A stretch of 64,000 bases of DNA from Octopus vulgaris. Lineage: Eukaryota. Position numbers and translations under genes: made by a program. The stretch is from positions 8,308,001 to 8,372,000 of the forward strand of contig OX597824.1 in NCBI GenBank assembly GCA_951406725.2. Direction: 5' to 3'. The notes beneath the pieces were generated by a model, which searched no databases, was not told where the DNA came from, and saw only the letters and a list, made by a program, of their open reading frames with translations. Below, piece after piece: positions 25,865 to 39,523 of this stretch (positions within the stretch are counted from its first letter, which is position 1; each line of letters opens with the position of its first letter).

Positions 25865-26414
25865 TACTCTGTGAACGCTATAAAGGTTGAATGATGTGAC
25901 ATGGAGAGCTGCAACAGAGATTACAAAGCCGTGGCCAACAGGAAAGGACTCAACAGGTGTTATAATTGTGTCCTTTTGATGAGATTTATTCAACAACTGA
26001 TGAGTAGGGCCTTAGGTTCCATTCAGACAGTCAGTGAAACTGCTGGAGACTGTGGTCAAACCTTGGCTGGAGAGGGTTGCTGCTGGAAGGCCATATGTGT
26101 TATAGTTGGATTTGGTTCCTTGCCATATCTCTGGAAAGAGTCAGAAATGGTTGTTGAAGAATTTCTATGACTTCATCAACCCCAGTTTCTTATTTCTTTA
26201 CTACACACAAGGGGCAACACACAGAGGGGACAAACAAGGACAGACAAACAGATTAAATCGATTACATCGATCTCAGTGCGTAACTGGTACTTAATTTATC
26301 AACCCCGAATGGATGAAAGGCAAACTTGACCTTGGCAGAATTTGAACTCAGAACATAACAGCAGACAAAATACCGCTAAGCATTTCACCCGGCGTGCTAA
26401 CCTTTCTGCCAGTA

Positions 26415-26680
26415 GATAGTTTCTGTTACCGAGGTGACCAGATTAGCAATGGTGGAGAATGCTCTGAAAGTATTGTTTCTAGAATAAGAATTGAGTGGGG
26501 GAAGTTCAGAGAGCTGCTACCTCTGTTGGCAACAAAAGGATTCCCTCTCTCTGAGTGAAAGGTAGACTGTATGATGCTTGTGTGAGAACAGCTATACTCC
26601 ATGGTAGTGAGACATGGGCTCTGAATACAGAAGACATGCGTAGACTGGAGAGAAACGAAGGTAGTATGCTTCGTTAAATG
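26415..26680 (+). pseudogene. RTE-clade LINE reverse transcriptase thumb fragment
   Basis: DSFCYRGDQISNGGECSESIVSRIRIEWGKFRELLPLLATKG, frameshift, VKGRLYDACVRTAILHGSETWA..RRLERNEGSMLR; typical of the RTE C-terminal RT region. Confidence 0.85.
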
Positions 26681-27034
26681 ATGATGACGATGATGATGAT
26701 GAATGACATTGTTGATGAATAATTGTCTCTGATGCGTTAGAAATATGGTGTAGGTAAATCTATTTGATGTGTGAAATTGGTTTTAATATTGGCTGAAGGT
26801 CAGGAATTTGGGTTATGGGATTAACAAAGTAATATTTTCCCCATGGATTGACATGTTTACATCAAAGGCTGCAAATTGAATACACCTATTACAATGACGG
26901 CAACACTTGTTTACAACTACCACAACAAACACAAACACATTGACACACATATATACATACATGTGTGTATATATATACACATATACAAATGCATACATAC
27001 ATGTGCGTGTATATATATATATATATATATATCT

Positions 27035-27455
27035 TTTGTTCTCTTTTGTACGTTTCAGTTGTTTGACTGCAGCCTTGCTGGAGCACCGCCTTTAATCGAA
27101 CGCATCGACCCCAGAACTTATTCATTGTAAGCCTAGTACTTATTCTATTGGTCTCTTTCACTGAACTGCTAAGTTTTAGGAACACAAACAAGCCAACATC
27201 AGTTGCCGAGCGATGGTGGGGTGGGGGGAATGACAAACATATGCACATAAATACACACACACACACACACACACACATGATGGGCTTCTTTCAGTTTCCG
27301 TCTACCAAATCCCCTCACAAGGCTTTGGTCAGCCAGAGGTTGTAGTAGAAGACACTTGTCTGAGGTGCTATGCAGTGGGATTGAACCTAGTTCCACTGTG
27401 GTTGGGAAACAAGCTTCTTACCACACAGCTATGCCTATGCGCATATGTGTGCGTG

Positions 27456-27493
<38 letters not shown>

Positions 27494-27880
27494 TGTGTGT
27501 GTGTCTGTGTGTCTGTGTGTGTGTATACGATGGGCTTCTTTCAGTTTCTTATTTCTTTATTGCCCACAAGGGGCTAAACATAGAGAGGACAAACAAGGAC
27601 AGACAAAGGGATTAAGTCGATTACATCGACCCCAGTGCATAACTGGTACTTAATTTATCGACCCCAAAAGGATGAAAGGCAAAGTCGACCTCAGCGGAAT
27701 TTGAACTCAGAACGTAAAGACAGATGAAACACCATCTGTGCATCTAATTCACTCACAAAGCTTCGATCTTTTCAGGGTGACAGTAAATGTCACACTCACC
27801 CAAAGTGCCACGCAGTGGGAGGACCCAACTGTAACTCTGTGATTAAGAAGCAAACCTTCTTAACCACACAACCATGGCTA
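27035..27880 (-). mobile_element. Two family A SINEs, the second split by a family B SINE (27546-27732)
   Basis: Homology blocks; family A resumes after the inserted B element. Confidence 0.8.
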
Positions 27881-28220
27881 TGGGATTATTTCCTTAAGAA
27901 ATAAATGCATTGATTTCTAAGCTGATAACCTAGTTTTTCTCCTTCGTTCTTGCTTTCATTTTTGTTTTTTTTGTTGTTGTTAGAGGCTAAAATGTTTACT
28001 TAAATTGATTTGGCTTACTTATAAAACTAGGTTGTGTGTAGTAGGTACGTTTTCTAAGCACTTCAGTAAGTGACTGCAATGACTTATAGACCAGGTTGTG
28101 CAAGGTCGGTACATTTTGTAACCTCTTGTACAAGAAAAATAATGACTTTTAAACAGGGTATATTTTGTAACCACTTAAAAAATGGAAAGTAATGACTATT
28201 ACAAGTTTATTATTGTATTA

Positions 28221-29036
28221 TTAATTCTGCCTTACAGTGGTGTTGTTTTCAGTTGTATTTGTTTGTTTGTTTGTTTGTCCATGGGCAAGATTATCTCAAG
28301 AAATGCTGGATGGATTCAGATGAAACTTTCTGGAATGTTTGGCCATGTGACTGGCACAAACCGATTAGATTTTGGGATCTATCAGGTACCGGACAAGGAT
28401 TACTCTCTTTCTCTTTTACTCTTTTACTTGTTTCAGTCATATGACTGCGACCATGCTGGAGCACCACCTTTAGTTGAGCCAATCAACCCCAGGACTTATT
28501 CTTTGTAAGCCTACTACTTATTCTATTGGTCTCTTTTGCCGAACCGCTAAGTTACGGGGACGTAAACACACCAGCATCGGCTGTCAAGCAATGTTGGGGG
28601 GACAAACACAAACACACACAAACACACACACATACACACACACACACATATATATATATACATATACATATATACGACGGGCTTCTTTCAGTTTCCGTCT
28701 ACCAAATCCACTTACAAGGCTTTGGTCGACCCGAGGCTATAGTAGAAGACACTTGCCCAAAGTGCCATGCAGTGGGACTGAACCCGGAACCATGTGGTTG
28801 GTTAGCAAGCTACTTACCACACAGCCACTCCTACACCTATCTGGATTTTCTGGATTCTGGATTATTTTCCCTGTTTTTGTTTTTGAGAGGGGTCAGGTTC
28901 ATTTTTAGTATTCTCGTTTGTGAGAGCAGTTGAGTTGATTTCAGATATTCTTATTTAAAAAATCATCTCTGGCTAATCGTTGAGAGGATGTTAATGTTGC
29001 TTTGGCAGAAGTTTGCACTCTCTGAGTACTCTTGTT
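28221..29036 (+). mobile_element. Helentron-associated HINE/DINE-like element, split by a family A SINE (28402-28837)
   Basis: Subterminal inverted motif TTCTGCC / GGCAGAA, (GTTT)n tract, and 3' hairpin GCACTCTCTGAGTAC followed by TCTTGTT; related pieces at 17791-17910 and 18163-18340. Confidence 0.65.
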
Positions 29037-30451
29037 TATTTTGTTGACATAGGTGCAAGCATGGCTGTGTGGTTAAGAAGCTTCCTTTGCAACCACGAGG
29101 ATTCAGGTTTAGTCCTACTGTGCAGGACCATGGCCAAGTGTCTTCTACTATAGCTCTTGGCTGACCAATGCCTTGGGAATGAATTTGGTAGATGGAAACT
29201 GTGTGGAAGCCTATCATATTTCTCTGTGTGTGATAGTGTGTCTGTGCATGTTTGTGTAAGTGTGTATGTATGTGTGTGTGTGTGTGTGTGTGTGTGCATG
29301 TATTGTGTGTGTGTGTGTGTATTTGTATGCTTGTCCTCCCAATATATGTAACAAAGTCTTCATCCTTTTTTTTAACTAGATTCCAACACTCCCATCAAGT
29401 GTTAAATAGGGAACTCTTATCACTGAACATTTTTGATAGTATTTCAACTGTTTTCTGGAAATCTATTTCACTAGTTTTTGGGGGTAGTATAAAATTACAA
29501 TATTTTTTATGTTCTGACAGAGATAATTTACATAATAATAGTCTTACTTTTTCCTCGTCTGCTTGCGATTTGCAATCCCTGAAGATTTCTTTGTACCTTC
29601 TGAATTACACCTTAAACTGGACACCTGACCAGAGTCCTTGCCATCAATATATTGATAAACTGAACAATGGATTCAGTTTACTGCAGAAATTGGCCATGGC
29701 AGGATTTGAACTCTGAAGGCAAAGAGCTGAAACAAATACTGCAAAGCAGCACATCCAAAAGTCTTACAATGCTCTTTTATTGTATTTCATATTTTTTTAA
29801 TCTTTGAATATTACGTCAAATATATATTGCAAACGACCATTCAGTTTCAAAGCCTGACTTGAGCATGAATTAACATTGGTTTCTCTTGAATAAATTCAAA
29901 TTTCTAATCCCACCCAATTCTATAAAGAATTGATTATCTCCCTTGACAAAACTACCATATCTAGGGAAACCACATGTTAAAAAATGCCAAAAATGAAATT
30001 CTTTTAAAGGTATTACTTATTATAAAGTCATGGGGAGTTTATAGGTTTCAATAACTTTGGATGCTGTGCAGAGAGCAAGATTTAATATTTTCGATACGGA
30101 TCTGTTGGCAGAAAAGTTGCAATTTCTGCAGCTAACCACTCAACTGAGAAGTGAAGAAGGATTGAAATCTATTGTAAACAGGGTAATTTGAACAAAAAAG
30201 AAAAAATATAAAGAAGAGCTGAAAGGAGTGTAGAATTTAATATTTCAGGGCATACATGCATACATACATACATATATACATACATACACACACACATACA
30301 CACATACATACATACATACATACATACATACGTACGTACGTACATACATACATACATACATACATACATACATACATGAATACACACACACATTTGTTTT
30401 ATATATATATATATATACATACATGTTTATAGATATATACATACATACATG

Positions 30452-30487
<36 letters not shown>

Positions 30488-31595
30488 CATGTGTGTATAT
30501 ATATATATAGAGAGAGAGAAAGAATTGATGTGAGTAAGAATTAGGAGGAAACTGAAAAAAAGGGAGTGATGCGAGAGAATGATGGGAAAGAAAAGTTGAG
30601 AGATAGTGAAAGAGAGAGAGAGAGATGGGGGGAAAGAGAGAAAGAAAGAGGGAGAGAGAGGTTCGTGAGAGGGTGGGATGAGGGTGGGGGTTCAGTAAAG
30701 AGGAGTAAAACAAACTCAACACAGTCAAAACAGGAACCTGAGTGGAGAGACAGAAAGGACCAATCCCTCAAAGACAGGCAGAAAGGGAGAAGGAGGTGCC
30801 TTCAAGTGAGAAGAGGAAGAGTATAATGAGACAGAAGAGGATGCATATTAAGCAAAAGAAGTCTGAGAAACAAAGGCTAATGGCACTCAAGAAAGCTATT
30901 TAAAGGTATTTGAGTAAAAGACACTCAAAGAATTCTTAATTTTTGGAAGGAAGGAATATGATGTGAGGAGGGGTTAATGAGAGATGGTTAGAGAAAGATG
31001 GTGTGAGTGGAGTGTGAGGGGAATGAAGAGGAGGATGCTGAAGATGAAAGATGGGTTGAGGTAGAAAGAGAATGAAGCATCTTGGGAAGCAAAAGTCGTG
31101 CTTAAAGATTTGAGAGTTCCGAGAAGATTCTAGAATTGGAAAAAGGGTGGAAATAATTGACCAGCAGAAACGAATAGACATTGATAAGTGTCATTATGTG
31201 CAGACGCACGCACACGCACACACACACACACACACACACATACACATGTGCACACACATACACACACATGCACGCACACATACACACACCCACTCACACA
31301 CACACATACTTGCATGTGCACACACACACACATACTTGCATGTGCATACACACACATACCTGCATGTGCACACACGCACACACATACCTGCATGTGCACA
31401 CTCACACACACACACACAAACACACATCCACTCACATAGACACACAGACACCCACCCACCCACACACACACACACATACTTGCATGTGCACACACGCACA
31501 CACACACACATGTATAGACACATATATGGCACACATGCATTGATATGTGTAGTCGTGTTTGGCTGTCACGCATACATATGTGGCATACATATATC

Positions 31596-31634
<39 letters not shown>

Positions 31635-31740
31635 ACACACATGTGCAACCACATTACCCCATCCTTATATGTAGCTCTCTGCATATACAGAGTGTATAAG
31701 ACATTTGAAGACATACTTTTTTGGGTCATTGTTACATTTT

Positions 31741-31985
31741 TTGCAGCGTGGAAGGTGTTTGTAAGCCATTTAAGAAACACACAAAAGCCGTTCGATTCAC
31801 TTCAACATTTAAGTTTAATTTGTCAAAATATTTTTGTTGCTAAAATCCACACGGATTTTTGTCAGTGAACAGGTCACGGATTTTAGCGACGAAAATATTT
31901 TGACAACTTAAACTTAAATGTTGAAGTGAATCGAACGGCTTTTGTGTGTTTCTTAAATGGCTTACAAACACCTTCCATGCTGCAA
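31741..31985. mobile_element. Fold-back element (Penelope-like inverted termini)
   Basis: About 108-bp inverted arms 31741-31848 / 31878-31985; direct repeat GTTACATTTTTTGC at 31731-31744 and 31989-32002. Confidence 0.75.
31859..31906 (+). ncRNA. Variant minimal hammerhead motif with G3-C8 core
   Basis: UUGUCA-GUGAACA-G-GUCAC-ggatttta-GCGAC-GAA-AAUAUU-U-UGACAA: 6-bp stem I, 4/5-bp stem II, palindromic stem III. Confidence 0.55.
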
Positions 31986-32330
31986 TTGGTTACATTTTTT
32001 GCTATCACTGTATAATCTTTGTTTCAGAAAATAATAACAGCAGACCCTCAGCTTACACAAGAAATGAAGAGGCATGCTGTTATTGTGGTTATAAAGGCTG
32101 AGCATAGCGATTTAGAAATACCTCAATTTTTAAGAGTTCCCAGATCTTTCGTCTACAAAGTTTGTAAGGAGCTAGAGACTGAAGATGGAAATGTATCACC
32201 AGTATGAAAGCACAAAAAGCATTCTAAACACTCTGAAATCCTCAGAACACCTGAATCTATCCAACAAGTTCAACAGACCATTGATTACAATCTCAGAATG
32301 CTATGAGGTAAATGTTGTAAAAGATATCCA

Positions 32331-32380
<50 letters not shown>

Positions 32381-32795
32381 CTCTTTTACTCTTTTACTTG
32401 TTTCAGTCATTTGACTGTGGCCATGCTGGAGCACTGCCTTTAGTCGAGCAAATCGACCCCGGGACTTATTCTTTGTAAGCCCAGTACTTATTCAATCGGT
32501 CTCTTTTGCCGAACCGCTAAGTTACAGGGACGTAAACACACCACACACACATTGTCAAGCAATGCTAGGGGGACAAACACAGACACACAAACACACACAT
32601 ACATATATATATAAATACATATACATATATACGACGGGCTTCTTTCAGCTTCCGTCTACCAAATCCACTCACAAGGCATTGGTCGGCCCGAGGCTATAGT
32701 AGAAGACACTTGCCCAAGATGCCACGCAGTGGGACTGAACCCGGAACCATGTGGTTGGTAGGCAAGCTACTTACCACACAGCCACTCCTGCACCT
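32381..32795 (-). mobile_element. SINE family A, full length
   Basis: Reverse-complement homology; a 3' half on the plus strand follows at 32967-33145. Confidence 0.9.
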
Positions 32796-33144
32796 TATTT
32801 ATGTTTGTTTTTATATTCAGTTATAATAAAAGCTTTACGTTAATCTTAAGGGTTACTCCACACTTTTGCAGATTACCAATTTATTATTCTTAAACAAAGT
32901 CAGAGTAGGAGTACTAAATACGCATTTCTGCATTGTTGGGCATTTTCAATAATGTATAGCAAGAATACACCAATACTGGTGTGTTTATGTCCCCGTAACC
33001 TAGCAGTTCGGCAAAAGGGACCGATAGAATAAGTACTAGGCTTACAAAGAATAAGCTCTGGGGCTGATTTGCTTGACTATAAAGGCAGTGCTCCAGCACA
33101 GCCACAGTCAAATGACTGAAACAAGTAAAAGAATAAAAGTAAAA

Positions 33145-33187
<43 letters not shown>

Positions 33188-33820
33188 TATATATATATAT
33201 ATATGAGTTGTTGAAATATAGAATTTTACACCAAGAATAACCTTTGTATTTGCATAAACCAAAGTGTAAATCACCAAGTGAACAATATTTGGAATTATGA
33301 AACTTTTTCTTTGAAAGATTCTGTAGACGTATTTAAGAATTGTAAAGCTTGTTCTTTGCAATGTATAAATTAACCGTATTCATTATAAAAACCAAAGAAA
33401 GAATTGCAATTTTGTTTAAAGAATTGCAATTTATTTTATTTGAATGTTAAAGCAGAAATCGTACATTAAGTGAAAGCGAAAGTGAAATATTCCTGTAGCT
33501 CTGTTTAATTGTCGATTTATGTAAATGCAATGGCATCAAGCTCTGTGTCATAGAAATCACAGTCATTACTATCATCATCATCATCCACTAGCACGGATGC
33601 CAGTACTGCCAGACTGGCCCTTGTGCTGGTGGCACGTAAAAAGCACCCACTACACTCTCAGAGTGGTTGGCGTTAGGAAGGGCATCCAGGTGTAGAAACT
33701 CTGCCAGATCAGATTGGAGCCTGGCGCAGCCATCTGGTTTGCCAGTCTGCAGTCAAATCGTCCAACCCATGCTAGCATGGAAAACGGACGTTAAACGATG
33801 ATGATGATGATGACATTATG

Positions 33821-33900
<80 letters not shown>

Positions 33901-34036
33901 GTAAATGTAAAAATACAAACTGGGTCAAGAACGCAAAACATTTAGAAGACGATACAAAAAACACGGACGGGACATTCGAAGCCTTCAATCTTCAGTCAAT
34001 AACCGGATCATCTTCGCAATTTCGGCTGATTAATCT

Positions 34037-34084
<48 letters not shown>

Positions 34085-34739
34085 TCATACATATATATAA
34101 ATATAAATATATATACACATATATACATACATACATACATATATACATACAGGTGTGTTTGTGTGTGACTACCAATTACTGTTATGAAATTTGATGGATA
34201 CATTGTTACGAAAGCGAATCGTCAGCCCGAAGATGAAACTCCAATGCCGTCTTTTGATTGGTTCTTTTCAAGCCATATAATGACAACCTCACTACGTAAG
34301 TTTCTCCTTCACAACTTAATCATGCGATCGGCTTCTGTCACTGAACTCAAAACAAACTAATTAGGATATAATTTGGGGTTGATCTCTGGAGCCAATTTAT
34401 AATTTCACCTCCACAGGCAAACTGCAAACTTTGGTGTACGAGAAAGAAGATTGAATGGAGACTTTCTGTGTAAAGTTCTTCTCTACGAAATCAAGCAACA
34501 TCTTACGATAATTATTGCATTAGTTCCGTGCTCCCTTCATGCGACATCTGTTTGTAGTTTCTAAAATATCTTGGTTGCCTTTCTTTATTGCTTTTTACTC
34601 CTCCCTGTGTGTGTGTGTGTGTGTGTTGTTTTGTCTTGTTCATTTGTTATCTTCTTTTGTTACTCTTTTTACCTAGAATCTACTTTCTTGCTTGTGTTGT
34701 TGTTGTTGTTGTTGTTGTTCCACTACCACCACCACCACC

Positions 34740-35440
34740 ACCACCACTACCACCCATTTCTCCTCCCCTTTCGCCTCCCCTTTTCTCTTCCTCATGCCCT
34801 TCCTCCTCTTCCTCCTCAGCTTCTACCTCTTCCTCCTCAGCTTCTACCTCTTCCTCCTCTTCCTCCTCTTCCTCCTCAGCTTCTGCCTCCTCCTCCCGCT
34901 CCTCCCCCCATCTACCTCTTCCTCCTACTCCTTCTCTGCCGCTTCTCCCCTTCTTACAGCTCCTCTCCCCCCTCAACTCACTCTTCTCACAGATCTTCCC
35001 CTCCCCCTCCGCCACCTCCTCCTCTACTCCCACTTCTTACAGTTCCTCCTCCTCCTTCTTGGACTCTCCTCCTTTTCTTTTTCCATCTCCTCCTTCCACT
35101 TAGGTCTCCTCTACTTCGTTCTTGTTCTCCTCCTTCTTTTCCTCTTCTCATCCTCCTACTCATTCTTGTCCTCCCCTTCCTCCTCTCTTTCCTCTCCCTT
35201 TCTCTTCCTCAACCGCCTCACCTTCCTCTTCTCACACCTCTTCTTCCTAGGTTTTCTTCTTCTTCCACTAGGATAGGACACTCCCCCTTCTCCACTTCCT
35301 TCTCCACCTCCACCAAGGTCTCCTCCCCTTCATTCTTGTCCTCCTCCTCCACCGTCTCTTCCTCATGCTCCTCCTCCTCCTCTTCTTCTCTCCCTTCCTG
35401 TCCTCCTCTTACCCCCCACTCTTCACCCATCATCTCCTTG
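34740..35440. repeat. Polypyrimidine (CCT/CTT) low-complexity tract
   Basis: Direct reading. Confidence 0.9.
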
Positions 35441-35859
35441 GCCTTCACAAAGCTAGATCCATTGGTGACCTACTCCACTTTCATAACTCATCAACATAAC
35501 CAACCCTCACTTGTTTCGAAGGAAGCAAGCTAATATTTCCCCGTCCCCACCCCATGACCGGACATATTTTCATGGGGGACTGGAAACAGGATACACCACA
35601 TGTATGAGGGTGATGTTCGTTTACGAGTATCACACATTATCAAGACAAGAAGACACAACCCATCATGCACACACAAACACTCACACACAGACACACACAC
35701 ACAGACACACAAATGCACACTCACACACGCACACATATATATATATACACACACAGACACCCCGACATATACACTTACACACACACACACACACAAGCGC
35801 ACACACACACACACACACACTCACACACACGCACACACACACGCACATACACACATCAA

Positions 35860-36805
35860 TATACAACTGGTTTCTTTCAGTTTCCCTCTGTCAAATGCCC
35901 CTACAAGGCCTTGATCAGCCCAGGGCTATAGCAGAAGCGAGCTTGTCCAAGGTGCCATGCTGTGGGACCGAACCTGAAACCAGGCCGTTGGGAAGCAAAA
36001 TTCATAGCCACACAACCAAAATTGCATCTACATTATCCGTTATCTTTTACTTGTTTCAGTCCTGCGACTGTGGCCATTCTGGGGCACTGCCTTGAAAGCC
36101 TTTAGTCAATGAAACTGACCCCCCCCACCAGGGCTTATTTTTAAGCCTAGTAATTATTCTACCAGTCTCTTTTGCCAAACCACTAAGTTACAGGGATGTA
36201 AACAAACCAACACTAGTAGTCAAGCAGTTGGGAAGGACAACCCCCCCTCCGCTCACACTCTTTACTCTTTTACTCTTTTACTTGTTTCATTCATTTGACT
36301 GTGGCCATGCTGGAGCACTTCCTTTAGTCGATCGAGCAAATCGACCCCAGGACTTATTCTTTGTAAGCCTAGTACTTATTCTATCGATCTCTTTTGCCAA
36401 ACCGCTAAGCTACGGGGACGTAAACACACCACCATCAGTTGTCAAGTGATGTTGGGGGGACAAACATATACACACACATGCATATATATATATATATATA
36501 TACATACAACAGGCTTTTCAGTTTCCATCTACCAAATCCACCAACAAGGCTTTGGTCAGCCAGAGGCTGTAGTAGAAGTCACTTGCCCAAGGTGCCACGC
36601 AGTGGGACTGTTCCTGGAACCATGTGGTTGGTAAGCAAGCTACTTACCACACAGTCACTCCTGCATCACGACGAGTTTTTTTCAGTTTCTCTCAGCCAAA
36701 TTCATACACAAGACTTTGGTTGGCTTGAAGCAATACTAGTGGCAATTGAACCCAGAACCATGTGGTTGGGAAGCAAGCTTCTTACCACACAGCCATGCTT
36801 GCGCC
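35860..36805 (-). mobile_element. Cluster of four family A SINE pieces (full copy 36257-36666)
   Basis: Reverse-complement homology. Confidence 0.85.
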
Positions 36806-36980
36806 TATCATATAGTTTCTTATTATTGGTTACAATCACTGCCTTCCTTTCAACACCTCCTTTTTCTTTACCGCACTCCCTCACTAGACACCAGCGCCCA
36901 TCTGGACCCTCTCAACGCCTACTGGGTGGGCGGTAGCGCCCACTTTAAGAACCTATGCCTTAGTAGAAGGGATCCTTCTT

Positions 36981-37011
<31 letters not shown>

Positions 37012-37029
37012 TTATTATTATTATTATCA

Positions 37030-37705
37030 CCGACTCGTGGCCGATGCCAGCGCCGCCTCCACTGGCTTCTGTGCCGGTGGCACGTAAAATACACCAATCT
37101 GACCGTACGACAGGCACCCATGCCAATCCCCTTGCTTGCGAAGACATGTTGGGGCAAGCGAAATCGAATCGAACCAGCCAGGTTCCCTGGTCTGGTGGTA
37201 CGTAAAAAGCACTATCCGACTCGTGGCCGATGCCAGTGCCGCCTCCACTGGCTTCCGTGCCGGTGGCACGTAAAATACACCAATCCGACCGTACAACAGG
37301 CACCCATGCCAACCCCCTTGCTTGCGAAGACATGTTGGGGCAAGCGAAATCGAAATCGAATTGAACCAGCCAGGATCCCTGGTCTGGTGGTACGTAAAAA
37401 GCACCATCCGACTCGTAGCCGATGCCAGCACCGCCTCGTCTGGCTTCCGTGCCGGTGGCACATAAAATACACCAATCCGACCGTGGCCGTTGCCAGCCTC
37501 GCCTGGCACCTGTGCAGGTGGCACGTAAAAAGCACCCACTACACTCACGGAGTGGTTGGCGTTAGGAAGGGCATCCAGCTGTAGAAACACTGCCAGATAA
37601 GACTGGAGCCTGGTGCAGCCTTCTGGCTTCCCAGATCCCCAGTCGAACCGTCCAACCCATGCTAGCATGGAGAACGGACGTTAAACGACGATGATGATGA
37701 TGATG
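37030..37705 (+). mobile_element. Retroposon family C with a ~190-bp internal tandem amplification
   Basis: CCGACTCGT(G/A)GCCGATGCCAG recurs at 37030, 37216 and 37408. Confidence 0.85.
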
Positions 37706-37740
<35 letters not shown>

Positions 37741-37748
37741 CATTATTA

Positions 37749-37812
<64 letters not shown>

Positions 37813-38189
37813 CTTCAGCAGCATCATCATTTGTTATGTTATTTTACACATCTCCTCTGCGGATATCACATAATTGCATATTATTTATTTACCTTACATA
37901 ACTTCCCTGACAATATCAGATACCATTTTTACAGGATATCTCACTATTTAATATCTTATCATTCATTTACATCACACAATTCCCCTGATTGCATCACATA
38001 ATTTCTTAAATAGTTTTATTACACAACATAATATCTCACTTGTTGCTTCAATAACTCCTCTGGGCCCATCTGACTATTTATCTACCTACCTACCTACCTA
38101 CCTGTCTGTCTGTCTGCTTGTCTGTTTATCTGTCTATCTATCTACCTATGTCGGTCTCTCTCTCTCCTTCTCTCTCCTCTTTCTCTCCT

Positions 38190-38264
<75 letters not shown>

Positions 38265-38334
38265 CTTCCTCCCTCTCTCTCTAACTATTTATGCTTGTCT
38301 GTCAGTTATCTCTCTCTCACTCTCTTTCTTTCTT

Positions 38335-38391
<57 letters not shown>

Positions 38392-38437
38392 CTAACTAAC
38401 CATCTATCTGTCCCCTCTGTCCAACCACCTGCCCGCC

Positions 38438-38472
<35 letters not shown>

Positions 38473-38508
38473 TTCTCTCCCTCCCTCTCTCTCTCTCTCT
38501 CTCTCCCT

Positions 38509-38554
<46 letters not shown>

Positions 38555-39353
38555 CTGTCCATCCATCCGTCCGACCATCTGTCTCTCTGCCTATCTGTCT
38601 CTTTCTTTCTCTTTCTCTCTATCTCTCTCTCCATCTGTATTTATCTATAAATGTACATCCCTATATACACACATGTCTGTATGTGCGTGTGATCATGTGC
38701 GCATATGTGTGTGTGTGTGTGTGCACACGTAAGTGTGTGTAGCACTTGCCTTACCTGTTAACACGACAAACTCTTCGTATTAAATGTCAAATTACATAAT
38801 TCGGTGCCAGTCTACCTCAGTCACCCATCTTCTAACTTTGTACCCTCTCAGATAATTCCTCCGTAACTAGCGCAGATTCAGTTCTGTGGCTGTTTTGGTG
38901 AATTGTTACACATATTCTGACATCACTGACACTGTACTTTCTTCCACAGCCGTATCAAATGACTCCTTTTTACCTACGCCTCAGATCTGATTACTTTTAG
39001 ATACACATCCTGGCCAAGGGAATAAACTGACAACCTGCTGATATAGTCGTGAAATTGAAGATGATGATGACGATGATGATGGTGATGGTGGTGATGGTGA
39101 TGGTGGTGGTTGTGGTGGTGGTGGTGTTGGAGAGAGAAGGTTCGTGGGGGTATTCTTTATGAATACCTATTTATGGACCCCACCCACTGCTCAAAAATGA
39201 CCCTAAAGAAAAGAAAACAACTGTATCTATCTATCTATCTGTCTTTCAGTCTGCCTGCCTGCCTGCCTGCCTGTCTGTCTGCCTGCTTGTCTGTCTGTCC
39301 GTCTGTCCACCCATCCATCCGTCCGTTCGTCCGTCTGTTTGTCTACCTATCTA

Positions 39354-39390
<37 letters not shown>

Positions 39391-39451
39391 TTATCTACCT
39401 ACCCACCTACCTACCTATCTGTCTGTCTGTTTATCTATCAATCTGCCTGTT

Positions 39452-39523
<72 letters not shown>

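Larger units (their letters stand above)
31688..32310 (+). mobile_element. Tc1/mariner remnant (5' end and N-terminal HTH of transposase), interrupted by a fold-back element
   Basis: From 32064: MKRHAVIVVIKAEHSDLEIPQFLRVPRSFVYKVCKEL..*KHKKHSKHSEILRTPESIQQVQQTID, a mariner-like HTH region with a stop. Confidence 0.65.

Noticed and set aside
28028-28200. Three degenerate repeats containing GTAC(G/A)TTTT..AA.CACTT and AATGACT
   Set aside because: Too diverged to define a unit or function.
32175-32200. CTGAAGATGGAAATGTATC as a hammerhead
   Set aside because: No stem II or stem I; it lies in transposase coding remnant.
33899-34040. Hammerhead on the minus strand (CUGAAGA..GAAG/CUUC..GAAU, with upstream CAGCCGAAA)
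   Set aside because: GAAA is replaced by GAAU and I could not form stems I and III. It may still be a Penelope-like terminal fragment.
34153-34362. Possible plus-strand exon or short ORF (MKFDGYIVTKANRQPEDETPMPSFDWFF..) with GTAAGT donor near 34296
   Set aside because: All frames from the nearest acceptor contain stops and the peptide resembles nothing I recognise; left as unexplained unique sequence.
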